This document shows, piece after piece, positions 57,041 to 64,000 of a DNA stretch of 64,000 nucleotides. A model generated the notes under the pieces. It was not told where the DNA came from. It did no database searches and saw nothing but the letters and a program-made list of their open reading frames with translations. The DNA comes from Candidatus Yanofskybacteria bacterium (GTDB lineage: Bacteria > Patescibacteriota > Minisyncoccia > 2-02-FULL-40-12 > GWA2-44-9). The DNA lies in NCBI GenBank assembly GCA_020847715.1, contig JADLBM010000007.1, forward strand, positions 8,624-72,623, in the 5' to 3' direction. Position numbers and translations under genes: made by a program. How positions within the stretch are numbered: position 1 is the first letter of the stretch; every line of letters begins with the position of its first letter.

Positions 57041-58372
57041 ATGCACAAAAAGCTCTGGGGTTACCTCTTTGGTTCCGTATTCCGTCGTGGAGCGACGTTT
57101 CTGACCGCCCTGACGTTCGCGAGTTACATACTCGGCCTGGTGCGCGACATGCTGTTTGCTCGGGCGCTGGGAGCCGGACGCCTCCTCGATGTGTACAACG
57201 CGGCATTCATTGTGCCGGACACACTCCTCAATGTCTTCGTCGCAGGCGCCCTTGCGGCGGCATTCGTGCCCGTGTTCACACACCTCCTCGCACACGAGCG
57301 CACCCATGATGCCCGCCAGCTCGCCGCAACAATGCTCGCCGGCGCGCCGAGCGCGATGCTCATCATCGGCATCGTTGCACTCATCTTCATGCCACAGATC
57401 GCCGGTATCGTTGCCCCCGGATTCTCGCCTGATGAAATGGCGCTCCTTGTCCGCATGAGCCGCCTCATGCTCCTCTCTCCCATTCTGTTCGCGCTTTCCA
57501 ATACACTCGGCGGCATTCTCGTGTCGCTCGAGCGTTTTATCGGATACGGCCTCTCTCCGGTGCTCTATAATCTCGGCATCATCGCGGGGGTGTTCCTCGT
57601 CCCCCTGTGGGGCCCGGTCGGCCTCGTCGTTGGCACGATAAGCGGAGCCGCCCTTCATCTCGCCTCCCGCTTGTTCGCCCTCTGGCGCTCCGGATTCAGG
57701 CCATCCGGCCCGATACGCCTCGGGAACCCCAACGTCCGACAGGTACTCAAGCTCATGATCCCCCGCATGGCAGGTCAGCCCATTGAGCAGCTCACCTTCT
57801 TCCTGTTCACAAACCTCGCCTCGTCGCTCGCTGTCGGATCCATCGCCATGATGAGTTTTGCTCGCAACTTCCAGTCCGTCCCTGTCGCGCTCTTTGGCAT
57901 CTCCTTCTCCACGGCGGTCTTCGCGTCGCTCTCGCGGACCGCGGCGCTGAACGACGACGTGGGATTCATGCGGGCGCTCAAAGGGGCCGCGCAGCCGCTC
58001 GCGGTCGTCTCGCTTCTGTCTGCGGCGTTCTACCTGTTCGCAGGCCGATTCGTCATTGATCTGTTCCTTGGCGGCGGACGATTCGGTCCCGAACAGGTCA
58101 CCGCAACCGCGCGACTCCTCGGCGTGTTCGCGTTCTCCATCCCCGCAGAAAGCTTCATTCACCTCTTCGTACGGGCATTCTACGCGCTCAAGGACACGTG
58201 GACCCCTATCTTCGTATCCGTCCCTGGACTCGCCCTCATCTGGGTCCTAGCACATGCATTGATGCCAGCATTCGGCCTCAACGCGCTCGGCCTGTCGTAT
58301 GTTATCTCCGTTTCACTCGAGGGCATCGTCCTCTTCTTCCTCCTCCGACGACGGCTCCGCGTAGCTCGATAA
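57041..58372 (+). CDS. murJ: Lipid II flippase MurJ (MviN)
   Basis: TFASYILGLVRDMLFARALGAG...DVYNAAFIVPD... MurJ signature; the 501-aa minus-strand ORF inside it is Glu/Arg/Cys-rich junk. Confidence 0.8.
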   Translation: MHKKLWGYLFGSVFRRGATFLTALTFASYILGLVRDMLFARALGAGRLLDVYNAAFIVPDTLLNVFVAGALAAAFVPVFTHLLAHERTHDARQLAATMLAGAPSAMLIIGIVALIFMPQIAGIVAPGFSPDEMALLVRMSRLMLLSPILFALSNTLGGILVSLERFIGYGLSPVLYNLGIIAGVFLVPLWGPVGLVVGTISGAALHLASRLFALWRSGFRPSGPIRLGNPNVRQVLKLMIPRMAGQPIEQLTFFLFTNLASSLAVGSIAMMSFARNFQSVPVALFGISFSTAVFASLSRTAALNDDVGFMRALKGAAQPLAVVSLLSAAFYLFAGRFVIDLFLGGGRFGPEQVTATARLLGVFAFSIPAESFIHLFVRAFYALKDTWTPIFVSVPGLALIWVLAHALMPAFGLNALGLSYVISVSLEGIVLFFLLRRRLRVAR

Positions 58373-58388
58373 GTGGAACATTGACGGC

Positions 58389-58417
58389 CCGTGTCGGAAA
58401 CTCCGACGGTTTTATTT
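58389..58417 (+). terminator. Rho-independent terminator after murJ
   Basis: CCGTGTCGGAAACTCCGACGG followed by TTTTATTTATT. Confidence 0.65.
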
Positions 58418-59230
58418 ATTCGGATAGACCACGATAATGGCTCGCCGTCCGGTCTTGATGTATTCTGCAGGGTCCACATCCGCAGGCCACGCATCACCAC
58501 CCTGCGGGACATCGTGCATCGCATTCAAGAACACCGCCGGAGCATAGGTGAGATTGCGTCCGTGGCGCGTTCCAACATCGTTCGTGATGATATCTCCATT
58601 CTCCGCAATACCTTTGACCACCAGCATGTGGTATGCAGGCCCCGGCTGCGTGTAGTACTTATTCTCCAGCAAGCGCCCCGCGAGTGGCACAATAACCGGC
58701 CGCCCTGCGCGTACATGCTCGGCAATACGCTCGGTGCCCACGCCATATTCCACATCGACGCGATGATAGCCGTACACCTCGCGGAGCATGATTCCGGTCT
58801 CAGCGGCAGTCGTGTGCTGATAGTAGCCGAACCGCTCCTGTTGCCATGCAACAAGACGGAGAATTTCTGACTCAACATCTTCCACAGAAAGAGTCGTGCC
58901 ACGCCAATACGCATCCACCAAGAGCGCACTCGTTTCCTCACAAGCCTCCTGCCACGGGAGCGACCAATCACCACGGGGAGCTTGCGCTGAAAAAGGCACC
59001 GCAAGATTAATGGCTTCCGGCGTCACAGAGACAGAGAGACGCGGGGATACGGATGGACGAACAGACACCGAAGGAGAAGTTGGCGTTGCCGTAAATCGAG
59101 GCTGCTCGCTGGGAACAGGCGGTTTTGCCAGCTCAATGAATGTGTCGCGAATAGCATTTCGCCACACCACAGCAACAATAAGTGCACTGAACGCAAGAGC
59201 GAGAATAACGTGAGAACGAAAAAACCTCAT
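58412..59230 (-). CDS. Secreted hypothetical protein, possibly C39-like peptidase fold
   Basis: Signal anchor, Pro/Ser-rich linker, Cys/His-containing C-terminal domain (QEACEETS...H); family call is weak. Confidence 0.45.
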   Translation of the reverse strand: MRFFRSHVILALAFSALIVAVVWRNAIRDTFIELAKPPVPSEQPRFTATPTSPSVSVRPSVSPRLSVSVTPEAINLAVPFSAQAPRGDWSLPWQEACEETSALLVDAYWRGTTLSVEDVESEILRLVAWQQERFGYYQHTTAAETGIMLREVYGYHRVDVEYGVGTERIAEHVRAGRPVIVPLAGRLLENKYYTQPGPAYHMLVVKGIAENGDIITNDVGTRHGRNLTYAPAVFLNAMHDVPQGGDAWPADVDPAEYIKTGRRAIIVVYPNK

Positions 59231-59257
59231 GAGCTTGCATAGTAGCACAAAAACAGG

Positions 59258-59275
59258 GGAAGAAAAAGCCCCGTC
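59258..59275 (-). terminator. Terminator hairpin CCCCGTCCTATGACGGGG + T-tract on the minus strand
   Basis: Immediately downstream of the 59276 gene stop. Confidence 0.6.
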
Positions 59276-59830
59276 CTATGACGGGGCGCCTTCAGAAACG
59301 CCGAAGAACAGCCCGAGTTCAGTGATCGCACGCGCAGCGTATTCGCTCCGCGTTTCCGTCCACAGCGTGTAGAGCTGCAACACATCAGCCGGCCGCATGG
59401 TCGCCAACACCGTACCGCACCGAGCCATGACATCCGAGAGCTTGGCGAATCGCTCCCCAAGCTCATTGAACGGATACGCCCCACAATACAGGTATGCGCG
59501 TTGCCCCACGTGCCGGTACAGCGTAAAACTCCCAGAGCTACGACGGGAACACTCAACCTGCCACCAGACGAAGCGAGTAAGTGCGTGGTCTCCCACCTCC
59601 CTGAGCATGCGCCCGCGCTCTGGCGAGCCGCTCGATACTCTCAGCGCTTCAACGAACCGCACCCCCAAGGGCAAATCCGTCCGAGCATCCTGCACCATCT
59701 GGCGAGCAAGGAGCGCCGTGAGGTAGAACTCCACGAGTGCCGAGACTCGGACGCGCTCCCGCCGCATGGCATCGGCGAGCGTTTCCCGGAAAAACTCGTC
59801 TGCCGAGTGACAACCGACCACAATGCTCAT
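59276..59830 (-). CDS. Hypothetical protein (about 184 aa)
   Basis: ORF; start placed at MSIVVGCHSAD. Confidence 0.45.
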   Translation of the reverse strand: MSIVVGCHSADEFFRETLADAMRRERVRVSALVEFYLTALLARQMVQDARTDLPLGVRFVEALRVSSGSPERGRMLREVGDHALTRFVWWQVECSRRSSGSFTLYRHVGQRAYLYCGAYPFNELGERFAKLSDVMARCGTVLATMRPADVLQLYTLWTETRSEYAARAITELGLFFGVSEGAPS

Positions 59831-59930
59831 CGCGCCCTCCCTTCGGAAAGAACGATGCTCACCAGTATACGCGCCAACCTTGCAGACACAAGATTGCCCA
59901 GTCGTCGGCCACGGTATAGGATATGGGCAT

Positions 59931-60452
59931 ATGGCACCACTCAATATCCATCCGTTGTTCGTGCACTTCCCCGTAGCGCTCCTGACGCTTGCCGCGCTCC
60001 TTGAGCTCGTCCGCTTCCAAAGACTCCTCCAGCGATCCTATCTGTTCTATACAAAAGCGTTCCTCGTCATCACGGGAACGATAACTGGATTCGCCGCGTT
60101 CCAGACGGGTGAACTCCTCGAGCATCTCTACGATGGCACCTCAACGGCGCGCGTGGTCGAACTCCACGCAACCCTTGCGAGCGCCACCCTCGCGCTCTTC
60201 GGGATACTCTCAGTCTTCTACATCACCCAGTGGCTTGAGCGAGAACAGCTTCTTCCACGGCTGCGCCACATGCAGCTCTTCCGCATGCTCCACGCGCTCG
60301 GCCAGCGCGTTACCGGAACAAGCTTCGCGTATCTCACCGGTGCCGCAGGACTCCTGCTCATCACGCTCACCGGCGCACTCGGCGGCATCATCGCATACGG
60401 ACCGGACATCGATCCGGTTGCGTCGTTCGTGTATCGTCTCCTCTTCCGCTAG
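59931..60452 (+). CDS. DUF2231-like membrane protein
   Basis: MAPLNIHPLFVHFPVALL... four-TM pattern of the DUF2231 family. Confidence 0.55.
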   Translation: MAPLNIHPLFVHFPVALLTLAALLELVRFQRLLQRSYLFYTKAFLVITGTITGFAAFQTGELLEHLYDGTSTARVVELHATLASATLALFGILSVFYITQWLEREQLLPRLRHMQLFRMLHALGQRVTGTSFAYLTGAAGLLLITLTGALGGIIAYGPDIDPVASFVYRLLFR

Positions 60453-60901
60453 GAGGCTTGCCCCGCGCGGCGATGCCACGCATCAAGGCCCCAGAACCGC
60501 CCGGCGCTCGACGCCGCGAAGAAAAGGAGAAGGACGATATAGATGATGTGCTGGTCTACGATGAACGCATTGGCGTTCGGATGCGGAAACTCGAGCGGAA
60601 CGAGGTAGTAGAGCGCCATCATCAATGCTCCCAGCGGAGCGCTGAAACGCACCAGTGCACCCAGCATCAGCGATAGTCCGATGAGCGTCAGTCCCCACTC
60701 GTTCAGGAGGTTTGTAACCGGAAGCACGCTCGGACTTGCGAACCAGTGGAAAAGCGCTGGGAACGTTTTCGCTCCTTGGAGGTATCCCGCCGCGGACCAC
60801 GCCGGATCCATCAACTTCACGACACCGGCATAGAAAAACATCCACCCGAGCGCGATACGAAGTATGGCGAGAAGCGGCTTCGAGATGCTTGATGGTATCA
60901 T
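60449..60901 (-). CDS. DoxX-like membrane protein
   Basis: LAILRIALGWMFFYAGVVKL... DoxX pattern. Confidence 0.6.
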   Translation of the reverse strand: MIPSSISKPLLAILRIALGWMFFYAGVVKLMDPAWSAAGYLQGAKTFPALFHWFASPSVLPVTNLLNEWGLTLIGLSLMLGALVRFSAPLGALMMALYYLVPLEFPHPNANAFIVDQHIIYIVLLLFFAASSAGRFWGLDAWHRRAGQAS

Positions 60902-60933
60902 ACCGTTAGTATACCACCGGAGAGCCCGCAGAC

Positions 60934-62028
60934 TTATGCACTGTCACGCTCTTGGAATCCGAAGGTGAGCGTAGCGGCTCCAATGAGAAGCGCCCCCCAC
61001 ACGAGCATACCGAGCAGATCCCCCGCAATGTCGGAGAGCCCGGCGTCACGCGTCATGACCTCACGGAGTGCGGTCGAGAAGAACGAGAGCGGAAGGAACT
61101 TCGCAACATGCTGGAGCCAATTCGGCATGCTTGAAATCGGAAAGAAGGTTCCGCCCAAGAACAGCATCGGGAATACAAGAAGGTTGGCAAGCGCCGGAAC
61201 CGACTCAACAGTCTTCGCGATACCCGACACAGTAAACCCAAGACCAAGGAACATCAGTGCGCCCAATACAACGCACAGCGCGACGAGTACATAGGAACCG
61301 ACAACGGTAGCGTTCAACAGTAGCACGCCCACCAGGATAAAGATCGAGGTCTGCACGACCGAAACTCCCAAGCGGGTAAGTGCGTTCGCCGCAACGAACT
61401 GGAACGGCCGCATCGGCGTCGCTGCAAGTCGGCGCAGCACACCCTTCTCCTTGTACTGTACAAAGAGGAATGCGACTGAGAACACGGACATCTGCATGAC
61501 CGACATCGCAATCAGCCCCGGCAGAAGAAAGTCGATGTACTTTAGGTCGCGAGACGCGACCTTCTCCTGACGAAGCGTGAAGAACGTCGGGGCCTGCGCG
61601 AGCGCGAGACTCGTTTTGTCGAGGTACTGATTGAGCATGGAGATCGTAGACTGTGCCTGCACGGGTTGCCCGTCATTCACATAGACCACCAACTCTCGGG
61701 GAGCCTGCGCAGCGCCATCGATGAGGTCGTCCGGCATAGCGACAACAACGGTCCGATCCCCTTCCTCCAGCGCAGCGCGCTCATCTGCGAGCGTCCCTTC
61801 ATGCACCTTAAACACCTTGAGCTCCTTGAGCTTTGCAATGAACTGCGCGGTTCCTGGCTGCGGCGCCGAAGCAACAATGCCGATATCATACGTCGGCGGC
61901 GTATCAAAACCGATCATCCCGAAGATGACCATAATGACCAACGGCATGAAGAGCGTGAAGAAGAGTGCCTGCTTGCTTCGCAGGAAGATGAGCGCGGATG
62001 ACGTAACGAGGGTTCGGAATGTATTCAT
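60934..62028 (-). CDS. ABC-2 type transporter permease
   Basis: Six TMs with large extracytoplasmic loop after TM1, ABC-2 signature region. Confidence 0.85.
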   Translation of the reverse strand: MNTFRTLVTSSALIFLRSKQALFFTLFMPLVIMVIFGMIGFDTPPTYDIGIVASAPQPGTAQFIAKLKELKVFKVHEGTLADERAALEEGDRTVVVAMPDDLIDGAAQAPRELVVYVNDGQPVQAQSTISMLNQYLDKTSLALAQAPTFFTLRQEKVASRDLKYIDFLLPGLIAMSVMQMSVFSVAFLFVQYKEKGVLRRLAATPMRPFQFVAANALTRLGVSVVQTSIFILVGVLLLNATVVGSYVLVALCVVLGALMFLGLGFTVSGIAKTVESVPALANLLVFPMLFLGGTFFPISSMPNWLQHVAKFLPLSFFSTALREVMTRDAGLSDIAGDLLGMLVWGALLIGAATLTFGFQERDSA

Positions 62029-62031
62029 AGA

Positions 62032-63093
62032 TTATTCGCGGAGCTGATGACCGGTAAGGTTCAGGAAAACATCCTCGAGCGACGGGCGCTTGAGAGTCAG
62101 CGAACCGATAGCAAATCCCTGCGTGCGTCCTGCACCGAAGAGATCGTCGAGCGTATGGCGAGGCTGGGCTGTCGCAACGAAGTGAGTGCCGTCCTCGTGG
62201 CGAACGGAGCGAACCTCGCGAAGACCCGCCAGCAGTGTCTCATCCACCTGCCGATCGCTCGTGAACTCGATAATCGCATCGCCCCCATGAGCGGCTAGAA
62301 GGTTCGCGGTCGTGTCGAGCGCCACAATGACACCGTGGTCCATAACCGCGATCCGGTCGCAAAGAACCTCGGCCTCGTCCATGTAGTGCGTTGTCAGAAC
62401 CACAGTCGTCCCGCGTGCATTCACCTGCCGCACTAAGTCCCACAGATTGCGGCGCGCCTGCGGGTCGAGTCCAGTGGTTGGTTCATCCAAAAAGAGAACG
62501 ACCGGCTCATTCACGAGTCCTACCGCGATGGAAAATCGCTGCTTCTGCCCACCGGACAGCTCATTCACTTTGCTCGTTGCCTTTTCCTGCAACTGCACAT
62601 CAGCAAGGAGAGCGTCCGGATCAACGGTGCGATCGTAAAACGAAGCGAACAATATCAGCGTCTCGCGAAGGGTAAGCCCGTCGAAGAAGGTGCTCGCCTG
62701 CGGCTGCACTCCGATACGATGCTTCACCGCATTGGCCTGCGTCGCAACGTTGAGTCCGTCAATGTGAATAGAGCCGGAGGTCGGATTACGGAGCCCCTCA
62801 ATCATCTCGAGTGTCGTGGTCTTGCCAGCTCCGTTCGGGCCGAGGATGCCAAACACCTCTCCGCGGCGGACGGTAAACGAAATGCCCGCCACCGCCGTGG
62901 TGGTGGCATAGCGCTTCACCAAGTCTGCGACTTCAATAACGTCTGCGCTTCCCATAGGGACAACCGAATGTCCGAATGCCGCCGCAAGATGCGCGGTCGT
63001 CCAGCCGGCATCAGCAAGCGCACGGGCAGCCTCGGCCATGGTCATGCCTGCGTTTGCCGCGTCAGAGAGATATTGTGCGAGCGGAGATTGCAT
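62032..63093 (-). CDS. ABC transporter ATP-binding protein (ABC-2 partner) with about 45-aa N-terminal extension
   Basis: Walker A GPNGAGKTT, signature LSGGQKQR, Walker B LFLDEPTTGLD. Confidence 0.9.
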   Translation of the reverse strand: MQSPLAQYLSDAANAGMTMAEAARALADAGWTTAHLAAAFGHSVVPMGSADVIEVADLVKRYATTTAVAGISFTVRRGEVFGILGPNGAGKTTTLEMIEGLRNPTSGSIHIDGLNVATQANAVKHRIGVQPQASTFFDGLTLRETLILFASFYDRTVDPDALLADVQLQEKATSKVNELSGGQKQRFSIAVGLVNEPVVLFLDEPTTGLDPQARRNLWDLVRQVNARGTTVVLTTHYMDEAEVLCDRIAVMDHGVIVALDTTANLLAAHGGDAIIEFTSDRQVDETLLAGLREVRSVRHEDGTHFVATAQPRHTLDDLFGAGRTQGFAIGSLTLKRPSLEDVFLNLTGHQLRE

Positions 63094-63144
63094 AGCGACA
63101 TATTATATAACACATTTGAGAAACATGCAATAAACCCCGCGAAC

Positions 63145-63384
63145 CTAGGAAATTCGCGGGGAAAACGACACCGAGGACACCACCTCTGCCCACTCAACCT
63201 CAGGGAGCCGCATCAGAGCCTCGCGCCACGCCACCGGATCGCCCTGCGCGACTCGGACAGCATACAGCCCTCGCACCCGATCGAACACCTGCGCCCACGC
63301 AACAAACGATGCCCCAAAATCCGCAAGAATACGCTCACCAACCCCGTGGTCGGTGGATCGCCGGAACAGCAGCAGTATCATCAC
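63145..63384 (-). CDS. Hypothetical small protein
   Basis: ORF only. Confidence 0.3.
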   Translation of the reverse strand: MMILLLFRRSTDHGVGERILADFGASFVAWAQVFDRVRGLYAVRVAQGDPVAWREALMRLPEVEWAEVVSSVSFSPRIS

Positions 63385-63390
63385 CCCTCC

Positions 63391-63606
63391 TCACGGCCGA
63401 TTGTGGCGCATATTATCAAGCGCCCATGAATATTCAATCACCAGCACAGGTATCCACTGCGGCTCGTCGTGAACGATGAACATGACAACACCAAACACGA
63501 GCGCCGCGGTATTAATGATGAAAAAAAGGATATCGAACAGCTCCTCGTGCCGAGAAGTTTCTTCGTTGTTCGTAATGTAGAGAAACCAGCGATGAAGTCG
63601 GCTCAT
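63391..63606 (-). CDS. Hypothetical small membrane protein
   Basis: ORF with one hydrophobic helix. Confidence 0.3.
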   Translation of the reverse strand: MSRLHRWFLYITNNEETSRHEELFDILFFIINTAALVFGVVMFIVHDEPQWIPVLVIEYSWALDNMRHNRP

Positions 63607-63819
63607 GCTGCGACCGTACTCCTCTCAGGGGACAATGCAACCTATCTTGCGTGCCCCGCACAGGGCTGGTACCGTTGGCGTAGCACACACGGAGGATATA
63701 TGCGCACCCCCACTACGCACCCCCCGGAACCTCGCTGCGGACACCCCATCGGCCTCTCGGGGTACATACGCCTCACCTGCTCGCTCCCAAAGAATCACAC
63801 CGGCGCACACCGCGCGTTC

Positions 63820-63846
63820 TAACTCCCCCCTTGGGGAGTTTTTCTA
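63820..63846 (+). terminator. Hairpin AACTCCCC-CCTT-GGGGAGTT + TTTTT
   Basis: Perfect 8-bp stem followed by a T-tract on the + strand; a second palindrome GGAGCCCCTGTAGGGGCTCC follows at 63859-63880. Confidence 0.5.
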
Positions 63847-63890
63847 TAACAGAACACACGGAGCCCCTGTAGGGGCTCCGTGGAGTGAGG

Positions 63891-64000
63891 CTATCGAGCT
63901 TTCTTGCGCGCCGCGAGCATCGCCCGCTTCGTCGCCAATCGCTTCTTGGTCTTCGGGGGATGTGCGCGCTTCCTGGTTGCCTTCCGCCCGATTGCGCCGT
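63891..64000 (-). CDS. Partial CDS (C-terminus) of a very basic small protein, ribosomal protein L34-like
   Basis: C-terminal ...KRAHPPKTKKRLATKRAMLAARKKAR resembles L34 (...[24 protein letters not shown]); start lies beyond the window. Confidence 0.4.
   Translation of the reverse strand, partial: GAIGRKATRKRAHPPKTKKRLATKRAMLAARKKAR

Noticed and set aside
56657-58162. 501-aa minus-strand ORF inside murJ
   Set aside because: Glu/Arg/Cys/Gly-rich low-complexity translation; the + strand frame gives a textbook MurJ.
1-64000. CRISPR arrays, rRNA genes, transposases or integrases
   Set aside because: No regularly spaced direct repeats, no rRNA-like conserved stretches, and no DDE or tyrosine-recombinase motifs seen in any frame. 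The only tandem repeat (5160-5263) has two copies and no spacer-like structure.

Overview
High-GC (about 60-65% by eye) bacterial window with the gene content of a small, reduced genome, possibly Patescibacteria/CPR-like (inference only). Housekeeping genes recognised: rpsB-tsf operon, rpmG (L33, missed by the ORF track), rpmE, release factor 1, rplY, a tRNA-Thr/Tyr/Thr cluster and tRNA-Trp, eno, an A-domain-only pyruvate kinase, fba (class II), rpe, rpiB, a pfkB sugar kinase, trxB, sodA, an NrdH/glutaredoxin, tgt, typA, obg, uppP, murJ, a DnaQ-like exonuclease, a CobA-type adenosyltransferase and an RRM protein. Cell-envelope genes include a 1622-aa surface protein with internal tandem domain duplication, a PMT/GT39 O-mannosyltransferase homolog, several secreted Cys/Pro-rich proteins, a MacAB-like tripartite ABC efflux operon, an ABC-2 transporter pair, three DoxX paralogs and a LemA-TPM operon. 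Accessory or unusual regions: (1) a 955-aa protein with metallophosphoesterase-like motifs next to a GIY-YIG nuclease and an excisionase-type HTH at the window start; (2) a clearly AT-rich HEPN-motif gene inserted beside tRNA-Trp, with an inverted tRNA-Trp 3' fragment; (3) two promoter-to-terminator noncoding transcription units (23871-24275 and 25326-25829) driven by near-identical strong sigma70-like promoters, which are candidate stable RNAs (the second is possibly RNase P RNA); (4) a 47-bp tandem repeat carrying hairpins upstream of a membrane-protein gene; (5) tandem HExxH metallopeptidase paralogs next to a Cys/His-rich mini-protein; (6) a standalone Cas4-like nuclease. No CRISPR array, rRNA or obvious transposase was seen. 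Everything comes from reading the sequence and ORF translations; no database searches were run. Regulatory coordinates are precise only to a few nucleotides.
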